Counted from the first letter of the stretch, positions 37,912-48,160 are shown. The stretch: DNA of 64,000 bases from an uncultured delta proteobacterium (GCA_963842085.1 CAWJET010000002.1:576001-640000), one strand, 5' to 3'. The notes: generated by a model from the sequence alone, not told the origin. A program made the numbers and translations.

Positions 37912-38925
37912 GTGAACGAAGCTGCGGAAACGGCGATTGACGCGGGCGCGCTGCGCGACAAGCTGGCGGTGCTCGGCAACGATAGCTACACGGCTGAGAC
38001 GTGCGAGCGCTACGCGGGAATGATCGCGGAGATCAAGGAGCTGAAAAAGTCGCGGCGCGCGGTCGTGCTGGCGCATAACTACCAGCGGCCGGAAATTTTC
38101 GAGGTCGCGGACTTTATCGGCGACTCGCTGGAGCTGGCGCGCAACGCTCGCGACGTGCGCGACGCGGACGTGATCGTCTTTTGCGGCGTCCATTTCATGG
38201 CCGAGACGGCCAAGGTCTTCAACCCCGAGCGCAAAGTGTTGCTGCCGGACTTGAAGGCGGGATGCTCGCTGGCCGACAGCGTGACGGCCGAGGCGCTGGC
38301 CGAGCGCAAGGAAGAGTTGCTCAAGATTTATCCCGACCTGAAGGTGGTGTCGTACGTCAATTGCACGGCGGACGTAAAGGCGCTGTCGGACGCGTGCTGC
38401 ACGTCGGCGAACGCGACCAAGATCGTCGAGCGGATCGACTCGGATAATATTCTGTTCGTGCCGGATCAGAATCTCGCGAACTACGTGCAGGGGAATACGC
38501 GCAAACGCGTGATTTCGTGGGACGGCAACTGCTACGTGCACCATCAGATAACCCCGGACGAGGTGAACAAGGTCAAGCAGGCGATTCCCGGGATCAAGGT
38601 GATTGCGCATCCGGAGTGCCGGCGCGACGTGCTCGCGATTGCCGACGCGGTGCTGTCTACCAGCGCGATGGTCAGGTATGCGCGGAGCAGCGACGCGGAC
38701 AAGTTCCTGGTGGTGACGGAATGCGGGCTGTCGGATCGGCTGCTGATGGAGATTCCCGACAAGCACTTCTACAAGGCGTGCAAGCTATGCCGGTTCATGA
38801 AGATGATCACGCTCGAGGGGACGCTCGATGCGCTCCGCCACCTGCGCTACGAAATCGAACTTACCGAGGACGTGCGCGCGGGCGCGAAGCGGGCCCTGGA
38901 GCGCATGCTCGAGCTGAGCGCCTGA
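37912..38925 (+). CDS. nadA: Quinolinate synthase A
   Basis: LAHNYQ, GDSLEL, FCGVHFMAE, AGCSLA, YVN, CTSANA, PDQNL, CYVH, HPEC, CRFMK; GTG after GAGG. Confidence 0.96.
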   Translation: MNEAAETAIDAGALRDKLAVLGNDSYTAETCERYAGMIAEIKELKKSRRAVVLAHNYQRPEIFEVADFIGDSLELARNARDVRDADVIVFCGVHFMAETAKVFNPERKVLLPDLKAGCSLADSVTAEALAERKEELLKIYPDLKVVSYVNCTADVKALSDACCTSANATKIVERIDSDNILFVPDQNLANYVQGNTRKRVISWDGNCYVHHQITPDEVNKVKQAIPGIKVIAHPECRRDVLAIADAVLSTSAMVRYARSSDADKFLVVTECGLSDRLLMEIPDKHFYKACKLCRFMKMITLEGTLDALRHLRYEIELTEDVRAGAKRALERMLELSA

Positions 38926-38987
38926 GCGCGAATGCACAGGGCGTCGCGACGGGCACCGTCGCGCGCGGTGAGCGGCTGGCGCGGCCG

Positions 38988-39626
38988 ATGGTCGCGGTCG
39001 ATACGGTGCTGTTTGCGATCAACGGCGGGCGCCTGCAGACCTACCTGGTCGAGCTGCGGCGCGGGCCGGGCCGCGGGCGGTGGGCGTTTCCGGGCGGACT
39101 GGTGCGGGTAGGCGAGCTGCTGGACGATGCGGCGCGACGCGAGCTTTACGATTCGACGGGACTGCGCGGGGCATACCTGGAGCAGTTGTTCACCTTTGGC
39201 GATCCGTCGCGCGACCCGCGCGCGCACGTGGTGTCGGTCGCGTACATGGCGCTGATTCCCGATGTGCAGGGAGTGGGCGCGCCGTCGGACAAATACGCAA
39301 CCGGCAAATGGTACGAAGTCGCGCGACTGCCGGAGCTCGCGTACGATCACTCGCAGATGGCGGCGTATGCGGTACGGCGGCTGAAGTCCAAGCTCGAGTA
39401 CACCAACATCGCGTATGCCTTGCTGCCGCGGGAATTCACATTCGCCGAGTTCGAGGAGCTGTACTCGCTGATCCTGGGGCGCCCGCTCGATCGGCGAAAC
39501 TTCCGCCGCAGCATCTTGGCGATGGGCCTGTTGAAACGACTGCCGCATACGCGGCGCGGACCGCATCGGCCCGCCGCTCTGTACAGTTTCGCGAATCAAA
39601 GCCTTAGATTCATCGAGATGCTATAA
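38988..39626 (+). CDS. nrtR: NrtR family regulator (Nudix plus winged HTH); start may lie up to about 66 nt upstream
   Basis: WAFPGG..RELYDSTGL degenerate Nudix box, LEQLFTFG, RDPR, LAYDH, DRRNFRR, HRPAALY. Confidence 0.9.
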   Translation: MVAVDTVLFAINGGRLQTYLVELRRGPGRGRWAFPGGLVRVGELLDDAARRELYDSTGLRGAYLEQLFTFGDPSRDPRAHVVSVAYMALIPDVQGVGAPSDKYATGKWYEVARLPELAYDHSQMAAYAVRRLKSKLEYTNIAYALLPREFTFAEFEELYSLILGRPLDRRNFRRSILAMGLLKRLPHTRRGPHRPAALYSFANQSLRFIEML

Positions 39627-39647
39627 TTTCGCCCTGCTGGGAGACTC

Positions 39648-40070
39648 ATGTTCAAGGGCATCAAAGGAATTGTCGCATTGACTGCCGCCGCATTCCTGGT
39701 CGTGGCGGTCGCCTACGGCGGCTACTTGTCGAATCGAGCGCAGCCATCGGACGGCGAGATGGCGGCGTCCGGCGATCCGGCGGCGCGACTCCGGATAACG
39801 CTCGACCCGCGGGAATTCCAGGGCAACGTGCGCGAGGCGTATGAAGTTGCCGAGCGCGATCCCGCGTTGCTGGCGCAATTGCATTGCTACTGCGGGTGCG
39901 ACAAGACGCTGGGGCACAAGAGCCTGCTCGACTGCTTCCGCGATACCCACGGCAGCAGGTGCGCGATCTGCTGTGGCGAGGCGCGCGATGCAAAGTCAAT
40001 GGCAAATCGGGGCGTGCCGGTCGAACAGATCCGCGACACATTGCGCGCGCGCTACGCCCACGGGAGCTGA
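39648..40070 (+). CDS. PCYCGC-motif exported protein
   Basis: Signal/TM, LHCYCGC, GHKSLLDCF, HGSRCAIC. Confidence 0.85.
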   Translation: MFKGIKGIVALTAAAFLVVAVAYGGYLSNRAQPSDGEMAASGDPAARLRITLDPREFQGNVREAYEVAERDPALLAQLHCYCGCDKTLGHKSLLDCFRDTHGSRCAICCGEARDAKSMANRGVPVEQIRDTLRARYAHGS

Positions 40071-40073
40071 CGC

Positions 40074-40691
40074 TTGGTTGGACTCGTCTCCGCGTATATC
40101 GAACACTTCACCTATGTCGGGTTGTTCGTTGTTCTGATGCTGTGTGGACTGGGGCTGCCGATGCCGGAAGACGTGGCGCTCCTGGCCGGCGGCTACTTGG
40201 TGCATCGCGGGATCACGCGCTACCCGATCACGCTGGCGGTGTCGCTGCTGGGAGTGGTCGCGGGCGACAACTCGCTGTTCTTCATGGGCCGGCACTTCGG
40301 CTCGGGATTGGTGCGCTACTTCTCAATCGGACGGCCGGGCCGCAAGCATCAGATCGAGCGCATCGAGGGTTTCATGCAGCGTCATGGGCATCGCGCGATT
40401 TTCTACGCGCGTTTCCTGGCCGGTCTGCGCGCCCTGATTTACCTGTCGGCGGGATCTTTCGGCGTGCGCCCGGCGGTCTTTTTGGCCTATGATCTGCTTG
40501 GAGCGTTGATCTCGGTGCCAATCGTCGTGACGCTCGGCTACGTATTCGGCAAACAACTCGAGTTGCTGGTCAAATACATCGGCGGCTTCGAGCGGTTGAT
40601 CGTAGTCGTGGCTATACTGAGCGTTGCGGTGTACGGGACCCGAATCGTGGTGCTGCGCAAAACCAACGAGTCCGCAGCCAAGAGCAGTTAG
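40074..40691 (+). CDS. DedA family membrane protein
   Basis: LGLPMPED, GDNSLF, ARFLAGLR. Confidence 0.9.
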   Translation: MVGLVSAYIEHFTYVGLFVVLMLCGLGLPMPEDVALLAGGYLVHRGITRYPITLAVSLLGVVAGDNSLFFMGRHFGSGLVRYFSIGRPGRKHQIERIEGFMQRHGHRAIFYARFLAGLRALIYLSAGSFGVRPAVFLAYDLLGALISVPIVVTLGYVFGKQLELLVKYIGGFERLIVVVAILSVAVYGTRIVVLRKTNESAAKSS

Positions 40692-40724
40692 GCCGGATTA
40701 TTGCGCGGCCCTGTCGGCCTGCCG

Positions 40725-42239
40725 ATGTCGAAAATGGAATCATACTTTCCCGCGCTTAACCTCAAGGCGAAGCTGATCGTGCTGATGGTCGGGCTGCTCG
40801 GGCTGACGCTGGGCACGGAGGTGTGGGTGAGCCTGGGCACGCAGGCGGAGATCGTCGCGACGACGCAGGAGAAGGTCAAGGACCTGGCCCGCGTGATCCA
40901 GATCGGCGTGCAGGAATTGACCGCGGTGCGCAGCACCGATCGAGATCAGTTGCACAACTACGTGGACAACCTGCACACGCAGGGGCTCGAAGTATCGATC
41001 GCGTCGAGCGAAAATCTGATCCTCAACAGCTCGAATCCGCATCTGATCGGCGCCGCATTGCGGCCCAAGCAGGCCGAATGGCTGACGCCCGAGCAACTCA
41101 AGCATCCCGATGCACTCGTGACTGTTCCGGCCGGCAAGCTCGGCCTCGCGCCCGAGACGACGGTATATCTGATCCCGGTCGAGGTGGAGGATCACCTGCT
41201 GGGCTACGTGCAGGTGGTGGCGAATTTTGGCGACTTCGCACAGCCACTGGCGCAGAGCCGGACGCGCGAGCTGATGATCGCGTTTGCGATTTTCGCGATC
41301 GGGCTGGTGTTCGCCTATATCCTGGCCGATCGCTACGTGAAGCCGATTCATGCGGTCGCGAATGCGGCGCAGAATATCGCGGCGCGCGGCCTGGAACCGG
41401 TGCCCGAGGCGCATCGGCGCGACGAGATCGGCCTGCTGACGCGCAGCTTCAACGACATGGTCGGCCAACTCCGGCGGGCGCGCGAGCGCGAGCAGGAACT
41501 GAACCGGCTCGAGCGGTTCACCGCGCTGGGGCAACTGGCGGGAGGCCTGGCGCATGAAATCAAGAACCCGCTGAATTTCATCAGCCTTGCACTCGATCAG
41601 CTGCGCGCGCGGTACGCTCCGCAGCAGCCCAACGATCGCGAGGCGTTTCTGCATCAGCTCGGAATCATGAAGGACGAGATGCGGCGGCTGTCGGAGCTGG
41701 TGCAAAGCTTCCTGCATTACGGCAAGCCGATCGAGATATTCCCGGCGCCGACCGACGTCCATCAACTGGTGGACGAAGTCGTGGCGCTCTCGGAATCGAA
41801 AATGAAAAGCCAGGGGATCGAGCTGGCCGAGGAGTGCAGCGAGGCGTCGCCGATTCTCAACGTGGACGCCGAAAAACTGCGCACCTGCTTCATCAACGTT
41901 GTCGCCAACGCGATCCAGGCGATGCCCGAAGGCGGCACGATGCGGATCGTGTTTCGGCGTGTCGTTGGGGACGGCTCGACGGTGATTACGTTTTCGGACA
42001 CCGGCGCCGGGATCGAGGCGGGAGTCGTGGACCACGTCTTCGAGCCGTTTTTCACCACCAAGCGCGAGGGAATCGGCCTCGGGCTGTTTCTGTCGAAGGC
42101 GATTGTCGAGACGCATGGCGGTACAATCGATATCGGGCCCAACGTGGACGGACCCGGAACCACAGTGACTTTCACCTTCCCGCCCAGCGCGGCAGCAGAC
42201 GGACACAATCATGACGCAGGCCTCAGTGCTGGTCGTTGA
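40725..42239 (+). CDS. Membrane sensor histidine kinase with HAMP domain
   Basis: RRDEIGLLTRSFN, AHEIKNPL, NAIQA, DTGAG, FEPFFTTK, GLGL. Confidence 0.93.
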   Translation: MSKMESYFPALNLKAKLIVLMVGLLGLTLGTEVWVSLGTQAEIVATTQEKVKDLARVIQIGVQELTAVRSTDRDQLHNYVDNLHTQGLEVSIASSENLILNSSNPHLIGAALRPKQAEWLTPEQLKHPDALVTVPAGKLGLAPETTVYLIPVEVEDHLLGYVQVVANFGDFAQPLAQSRTRELMIAFAIFAIGLVFAYILADRYVKPIHAVANAAQNIAARGLEPVPEAHRRDEIGLLTRSFNDMVGQLRRAREREQELNRLERFTALGQLAGGLAHEIKNPLNFISLALDQLRARYAPQQPNDREAFLHQLGIMKDEMRRLSELVQSFLHYGKPIEIFPAPTDVHQLVDEVVALSESKMKSQGIELAEECSEASPILNVDAEKLRTCFINVVANAIQAMPEGGTMRIVFRRVVGDGSTVITFSDTGAGIEAGVVDHVFEPFFTTKREGIGLGLFLSKAIVETHGGTIDIGPNVDGPGTTVTFTFPPSAAADGHNHDAGLSAGR

Positions 42240-43632
42240 AGACAACGACCTGGAACGGCAAATCACCGCGGACACGTTGCGTGAAGAGGGATTCGCAGTC
42301 GAAGAGGCGGCGGTCGGCAAGCGCGCGATGGAGTTGCTGGCGCTGTCGCGCTTCGACGTCGTGCTGACCGACCTGATGATGCCCGGGATGTCGGGCGAGG
42401 AGCTGCTGACGAAAGTGCGCGGCGCCTATCCCGGCAGCCAGGTGGTGGTGCTGACCGCGCACGGCTCGACCGACAGCGTGGTGCAGGCAATGAAGGCGGG
42501 CGCCTTCGATTACCTGGAGAAGCCGACCGATCGCGAGAAGCTGGTCACGCGGGTGGCCAAGGCGGCGGAGTTCGCCAACCTGCAGCAGGAAAATCAGTTG
42601 CTGAAGCGGCGGCTGGAAGGCACTTTTGAGATCGAGGGCATTATTGGGCAGGATCCCGCCATCCAGGAAGTGATCCGCCTGGTGCGGCGCGTCGCACCGT
42701 CGAATTCGACGGTGCTGATACAGGGCGAGAGCGGCACCGGCAAGGAAATCGTGGCGAAGGCGATTCATCGGCTGTCGCCGCGCGCGGCGCGCCCGTTCGT
42801 CGCGATCAACTGCTCGGCGATTCCCGACAACCTGATCGAAAACGAACTGTTCGGGCATGAGCGCGGCGCATTCACCGGCGCCAACGAGCGCAAGATAGGG
42901 CTGTTTGAGAGTGCGGACAAATCGACGCTGTTTCTCGACGAGATCGCCGACCTGCCGCAGGGAATGCAGGCGAAGATTCTGCGCGTGCTGCAGGAGAAGG
43001 AACTGCGGCGCGTCGGCGGCAACGACTCGTTTCGCATCGACGTGCGGCTGGTGGCGGCGAGCAATCGCAATATCGCGGAGGAAGTCGGCGAGGGACGCTT
43101 CCGCGAGGACCTGTACTATCGCATCAACGTCGTGACGGTGACGCTGCCGCCGTTGCGCGATCGGCGCGGCGACATTCCGCTGCTGGTGAATCACGCGCTC
43201 GCCAAGTTTGGCCATCTGGCGGAGGGCCGCGTGAAGGAAATCGGGCGCGAGGCAATGGAAGTCCTGCTGGACTACGCGTGGCCGGGCAACGTGCGCCAAC
43301 TCGAGTCGGCTATCGAACGCGCGATCCTGCTGTGCGAAGGCGACAAGGTGATGCCGCGCGATTTGCCCGAGGAAGTGCTGGCGCGCAAGAAGCCGGCCCG
43401 CAGCGCCGAGCGTCAGCGCGGGGACAGGTACGAGATTCCGAGCGAGGGCTTCAATTTCGAGACGTTCGAGCGCGACGCGATTCTGCAGGCGCTCGAGCGC
43501 AATGACTGGGTGATCGCTAAGGCGGCCAAGATGCTCGCGATGAGTTATCGGACGCTGCAATACCGGATCGACAAGTTCGGACTCAAGCGCGGAGAGCAGC
43601 CGAAGCCGCCTCCGGCCGAAGTTAAGGGATAG
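42211..43632 (+). CDS. Sigma-54-dependent response regulator (NtrC/AtoC family)
   Basis: Receiver DLMMP, GESGTGKE, GAFTGA, FLDEI, WPGNVR, Fis HTH. Confidence 0.95.
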   Translation: MTQASVLVVEDNDLERQITADTLREEGFAVEEAAVGKRAMELLALSRFDVVLTDLMMPGMSGEELLTKVRGAYPGSQVVVLTAHGSTDSVVQAMKAGAFDYLEKPTDREKLVTRVAKAAEFANLQQENQLLKRRLEGTFEIEGIIGQDPAIQEVIRLVRRVAPSNSTVLIQGESGTGKEIVAKAIHRLSPRAARPFVAINCSAIPDNLIENELFGHERGAFTGANERKIGLFESADKSTLFLDEIADLPQGMQAKILRVLQEKELRRVGGNDSFRIDVRLVAASNRNIAEEVGEGRFREDLYYRINVVTVTLPPLRDRRGDIPLLVNHALAKFGHLAEGRVKEIGREAMEVLLDYAWPGNVRQLESAIERAILLCEGDKVMPRDLPEEVLARKKPARSAERQRGDRYEIPSEGFNFETFERDAILQALERNDWVIAKAAKMLAMSYRTLQYRIDKFGLKRGEQPKPPPAEVKG

Positions 43633-43686
43633 CGCGAGTTCACTTTGTTAAATTTGAAACCCGCTCGGGCTTTCACGCTTCCTTCG

Positions 43687-43708
43687 GCAGGGGTGAGCCC
43701 CTGCACCC
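43687..43708 (+). repeat. GC-rich hairpin GCAGGGG-TGAG-CCCCTGC-ACCC (REP-like)
   Basis: Perfect 7-bp stem downstream of the regulator, no U-tract. Confidence 0.5.
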
Positions 43709-43749
43709 GGTGAGGAGACAAGGACGCGGGACTTCGTTCCCTGTTAGAA

Positions 43750-44442
43750 GTGCGCAGAAGGCCTAATTCGGTTCGGTCGGCGGCAGCTCTGATCGCAGCC
43801 GCTTTTGTTCTCTCCGCGGCGGTCGCGCGCGCCGCTGAAACCGAGATCGATCATCTTGTCCAGGTACTCGCGCTCAAGCCCGGTTCTTCGGTGGCCGACG
43901 TCGGTGCGGGTTCCGGCGAGATTTCGATCGCGATAGCAAAGCGCGTGGGTCCGAACGGTACGGTTTACTCGACCGAGATCGATCCCAAGCTGCTCGAAAC
44001 AATCCGCCATCTGGCGCAAACAGCGGGGGCGCGAAATGTGGTTGTCATTGCGGGCCGGGAACACGAGACCGGATTGCCGTCAAACTGCTGCGACGCAATC
44101 TTTCTGCGCGAGGTCTACCACCATCTGACGGATCCAACCGGTATCGACAACTCGCTCTATCGGGCTATGCGCCCCGGCGCACGGCTGGCGATCGTCGATT
44201 TCGATCCGTCGCAGCTGCCCGGACAGCCGGCGCCGCCCGGGGTGCCGGCGAATCGCGGCGGGCACGGAGTTCCCGAGCGTATCGTTGCGCAGGAGTTGAC
44301 TCGCACTGGATTCGCGCTGGTGAAGACGATGCCATGGCCAATCAGCGCGTCGGTCAAGCATTACTGCGTGCTGTTCGTGAAACCGCCTTTGTCGACGGAG
44401 ACAAGGGACCTGAACCACATTGAGGCGCCTCGCGCCAACTGA
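43750..44442 (+). CDS. Exported class I SAM-dependent methyltransferase
   Basis: Signal peptide (A-R-A), VADVGAGSG, VYHH, IVDF. Confidence 0.85.
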   Translation: MRRRPNSVRSAAALIAAAFVLSAAVARAAETEIDHLVQVLALKPGSSVADVGAGSGEISIAIAKRVGPNGTVYSTEIDPKLLETIRHLAQTAGARNVVVIAGREHETGLPSNCCDAIFLREVYHHLTDPTGIDNSLYRAMRPGARLAIVDFDPSQLPGQPAPPGVPANRGGHGVPERIVAQELTRTGFALVKTMPWPISASVKHYCVLFVKPPLSTETRDLNHIEAPRAN

Positions 44443-44474
44443 AATCTCGGTGACAAGGAACGAGGCACAGCGGA

Positions 44475-44813
44475 TCAGCCCTTCGCCCAGCTCGTGGGCA
44501 GGTAGAGCCAGCATTCGATTTTGCGGCCGTCCGCGGCAAGCACTTCAATGCGCTCGCGGGTGTAGAGCGTCGGCACTTCTTCGTATTGGTCGAGGATGGC
44601 GAAGTCGCGAGCGCTCAGTCCTTCGAGGATTGCGCCGTCGGTGATAGCGCCGGCTTGTTTGGTGACGAAGTAGTAGCGCTTTCGGCCGCGCCCGTAGCCG
44701 GGGAGTCGCGCGCGGCTCGTGTCGATGGGTCGGCCCAGCAGACGCACGCGCTCGGCGGGATTCATCAGGGAGCCGTACACGAAGAGTAGTTGGTCGTCGT
44801 TGTCCAAAATCAA
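44475..44813 (-). CDS. Gamma-glutamylcyclotransferase (AIG2-like) family protein
   Basis: LFVYGSLM, LDQYE, YTR. Confidence 0.85.
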   Translation of the reverse strand: MILDNDDQLLFVYGSLMNPAERVRLLGRPIDTSRARLPGYGRGRKRYYFVTKQAGAITDGAILEGLSARDFAILDQYEEVPTLYTRERIEVLAADGRKIECWLYLPTSWAKG

Positions 44814-44877
44814 GCCGCTTCCGACCTTTGTATTGCCGCATCCAACGGCTTCGCTTACGCTCGCTTCGACAGGCGCG

Positions 44878-45633
44878 ATGCTCGAACGAATATACCTGTT
44901 CCTTGACGAACTTGGCGAAGTCGGAGTGCTGACCGGCGATTTCTTCCGCTACCTGATCCGCCGCCCGTTTGAAGGCCGCCTGTTGCTCGATCAGCTCGAC
45001 GCCGTGGGGGTGAAATCGGTCAACGTCGTCAACCTGACCGCGATTTTTTCCGGGATGGTGCTGGCGCTGCAGATGGGCCAGTTCCTGGCGAAGTTCGGCG
45101 CCAAAATTTACGTGAGCCGGATCATGGGACTCTCGCTGTTGCGCGAGATGGGACCCGCGCTGAGCGCGCTGATGGTCGCGGCACGCGTCGGCGCGGGAAT
45201 AACCGCGGAGCTCGGCACGATGAAGGTGACGGAGCAGATCGACGCGATGCGCTCGCTCGCCACCAGTCCGATCAAGAAGCTGGTGGTGCCGCGCGTGCTC
45301 GCGACGGTGATCATGGTGCCGATCCTGACGGTGCTGGCCGACGCGGTCGGACTGTTCGGCGGGCTGGTTATTTCGGTCACGCAGCTCGGCGTAAGCGCCG
45401 ATTACTTCTACAGTTCGCTGGTTCAGAACGTACAGCTCGGCGACCTGCTCAGCGGACTGGGGAAGTCGGTGTTCTTCGGCTTCGAGATCGCGATAATCGC
45501 ATGCTCGAAGGGCCTGTCCGCAACCGGCGGTGCCGACGGCGTCGGCCGCGCGACGACCTCGGCGGTGGTGGCCGCATCGATCACGGTGCTGATCTCGGAT
45601 TTCTTTTTGACCAAGTTTTTTCTATCGATCTGA
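44878..45633 (+). CDS. mlaE: MlaE-family ABC permease
   Basis: REMGP, AELGTMKVTEQIDAM, GGADGVGRATT. Confidence 0.92.
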   Translation: MLERIYLFLDELGEVGVLTGDFFRYLIRRPFEGRLLLDQLDAVGVKSVNVVNLTAIFSGMVLALQMGQFLAKFGAKIYVSRIMGLSLLREMGPALSALMVAARVGAGITAELGTMKVTEQIDAMRSLATSPIKKLVVPRVLATVIMVPILTVLADAVGLFGGLVISVTQLGVSADYFYSSLVQNVQLGDLLSGLGKSVFFGFEIAIIACSKGLSATGGADGVGRATTSAVVAASITVLISDFFLTKFFLSI

Positions 45634-46382
45634 TGCCGAACGACGGACGAAAACGATTTATCGAGGTGCGCCAGCTCCGCAAGAGCTTCGCCGGCAAGCC
45701 GGTTTTGCAGGGAGTCAGTCTCGAGGTCTTCGAAGGCGAGACGCTGGTCGTGCTCGGCGGTAGCGGCGAGGGCAAGAGCGTCCTGCTGCGGCATCTCAAC
45801 GGCCTTGAGCGGCCCGACAGCGGCGAAGTGATCGTCGAGGACCGGCGGCTGAACGATCTCAGCGAGGACGCGATGGCCCAGGTCCGCAAGGAAGTCGCGA
45901 TGGTGTTTCAGGGTGGCGCGCTGTTCGACTCGCTCAACGTGTTCGACAACGTCAGCTATCCGCTGCGCGAGCACGGCAAGCTGGACGAGCCGGCTATCGA
46001 GCGGCGCGTGACCGAGCTGCTGGACATGGTCGGGATGACGCGCGTGGAGCATCTTTACCCCGCTGAACTTTCGGGCGGAATGAAAAAGCGCGTCGCGCTG
46101 GCGCGCTCGATCGCCCTGCAGCCCAAGGCGGTTCTGTACGACGAGCCGACGACGGGATTGGACCCCCTGGTGACGCACAGGATAAACTTGCTCATACGCG
46201 GATTGCAGCGGCAGTTGGGCTTTACGTCGGTGGTGGTGACGCACGATCTCAAGAGCGCGTTCATGGTCGGCGACCGCTTCGCGCTGCTCGACAATGGACG
46301 GATAAGATTCAGCGGCACTGCGGACGAAGTGCGCGCAACCAGGGACGAGCTGATGCGCGAATTCGTGGAGATCGCGCTGTGA
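45633..46382 (+). CDS. mlaF: MlaF-family ABC ATPase
   Basis: GGSGEGKS, FQGGALFDS, LSGGMKKRV, YDEPTTGLDP. Confidence 0.92.
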   Translation: MPNDGRKRFIEVRQLRKSFAGKPVLQGVSLEVFEGETLVVLGGSGEGKSVLLRHLNGLERPDSGEVIVEDRRLNDLSEDAMAQVRKEVAMVFQGGALFDSLNVFDNVSYPLREHGKLDEPAIERRVTELLDMVGMTRVEHLYPAELSGGMKKRVALARSIALQPKAVLYDEPTTGLDPLVTHRINLLIRGLQRQLGFTSVVVTHDLKSAFMVGDRFALLDNGRIRFSGTADEVRATRDELMREFVEIAL

Positions 46383-46403
46383 CAACGGCGAGGCGCGGCG
46401 AGC

Positions 46404-47606
46404 ATGGCTGAGTCCGCCTATTCGCGCGTGCGGGTCGGCGCGTTGATCGCCGCCGGGCTCGGGCTCCTGTGCTTCGCGATTCTCACCATCGGGCATGGCG
46501 CGCAATTTTTCACCCGCACCGAAATCCTGCAGGCGCATTTCGGGCGAATTAACGGCTTGCAAACCGGCGCGCCGGTCACGCTGTCGGGAGTGCGGATCGG
46601 CGCGGTCGAGTCGATAAAATTTCCGCCCGAGCCCGAGAACGGCTACGTGATCGTGCAGATGTGGATCGAGCAATCCGCGGCGGAGCGCGTACGAACCGAT
46701 TCGATCGCGCAGATACATTCGATGGGCCTGCTCGGCGACAAGTTCGTCGCGCTGACTCCGGGCACGCCCGCCGCGCCACCCGCGACGCCAGATACCGTGC
46801 TCGCTTCGGTCAATCCGATCGACTACGAGGCAATTCTGCAACGCGAAGGCACCGACGATTTGATCGCGAACGTAATGGCCATCTCAGGTTCGCTGCGCTC
46901 GATCCTCGCGTCGATCGAAAACGGCCACGGATTGGTCAGTGAACTGGTGCGCGGCGAGGACGCCAACCGGCCGAAAGAGCATCTGACGCTGGAATCGATT
47001 AAGCGCACGCTCGACGATGTCGACAAGCTGTCGCTCGCGCTGGGCCAGGCGATGGACCGCGTCAACAAGGGACAGGGCCTGGTCGGTGCGATGCTGAGCA
47101 ACGAAACCAACGGCAAACAGTTCCTCCACAACCTGTCGGATACCGCGGCGAAGATTCGCCAGACCAGCGCGCGGCTCGATACGCTGATCGCGCGGTTCGA
47201 CAAAGCCAACGGGATTTTACCGCAACTGATGGAGAACAAGGATTTCTCGGACGACGTACTGCCCAACCTGCGCCGGTCGTCGCGCGACCTGAAGGACATC
47301 CTGCAGAAGATCGACTCGGGCCAGGGTACCGCGGGCCTGCTGGTCAACGATCCCGCGCTCTACAATCAACTCACCGGGTTTATGAACCACAGCGGCGGAT
47401 GGGGCCTTCGATTGGTCAACGGCCTCTACAACCTGACGCATCCGTTCGCGAGCCCGTCGCCAAACGGCGGCGCGCAGCCGGTGATGTTGACGGCGTCGCA
47501 AGCGGGCGCGTGCATCGCGCAACCGGCAGCGACCACTGTGTCGGCGGCGATTCCGGCAATAGCTGAACCGGCGCCGAGCGTCGTGAATTCGTCGTCGGCA
47601 AAGTGA
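46404..47606 (+). CDS. mlaD: MlaD/MCE family protein with long helical extension
   Basis: GLQTGAPVTLSGVRIG, GLLGDKFV, repeated G.G.. helical units. Confidence 0.88.
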   Translation: MAESAYSRVRVGALIAAGLGLLCFAILTIGHGAQFFTRTEILQAHFGRINGLQTGAPVTLSGVRIGAVESIKFPPEPENGYVIVQMWIEQSAAERVRTDSIAQIHSMGLLGDKFVALTPGTPAAPPATPDTVLASVNPIDYEAILQREGTDDLIANVMAISGSLRSILASIENGHGLVSELVRGEDANRPKEHLTLESIKRTLDDVDKLSLALGQAMDRVNKGQGLVGAMLSNETNGKQFLHNLSDTAAKIRQTSARLDTLIARFDKANGILPQLMENKDFSDDVLPNLRRSSRDLKDILQKIDSGQGTAGLLVNDPALYNQLTGFMNHSGGWGLRLVNGLYNLTHPFASPSPNGGAQPVMLTASQAGACIAQPAATTVSAAIPAIAEPAPSVVNSSSAK

Positions 47607-47662
47607 TGGTCGCAGTGAAACACTGTCGATTGCCGCAGATGTCTTCGGTATGTTAGCTCCAT

Positions 47663-48160
47663 ATGAGGCTTGAGATACTGATGATGACCCTCCGGAGGAT
47701 TTTCGCGCGCGCGGCCATTGCCCTGCTCACGCTATTCGTGGTCGCATGCTCGGCCGTTCAAAGTAAGTCGCTAAGCACCGGCATGACGCCCGCGCAAGCA
47801 GTGCAGGCTATGGGCGAACCCGACTTGAAGGACAACATCGCTGATCCCAACCACAGCGGCGCCAGTGTGCTGCGCTACGTCTGGCTCGAACCGGGCAAGG
47901 CCGCAATTTTCGGCGCCGACAATCGCCTCGCCAGCATCCAGAACGTCGAGGTCACCGCCAATACCAAGCAGCAAGTCGAGCAGCAGGCTCATGCCGAGCA
48001 GGCTGCGCAAACGCCGCAGCCATTCGATCCGATCGAGACGCCGCTCAATTATCTGTTCTTTCCAGTCAAGGCTGCCACTATTTATTTCGGCGCAGGTCTG
48101 GGTTGCGCCACCGGCACTGGCTGCGAGAAGCCGCAGCTTCCTCCGCCGTCGGCCGGCTAG
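47663..48160 (+). CDS. Putative lipoprotein (SmpA/OmlA-like N-domain)
   Basis: Lipobox VVAC, GMTPAQAVQAMGEPD. Confidence 0.7.
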   Translation: MRLEILMMTLRRIFARAAIALLTLFVVACSAVQSKSLSTGMTPAQAVQAMGEPDLKDNIADPNHSGASVLRYVWLEPGKAAIFGADNRLASIQNVEVTANTKQQVEQQAHAEQAAQTPQPFDPIETPLNYLFFPVKAATIYFGAGLGCATGTGCEKPQLPPPSAG

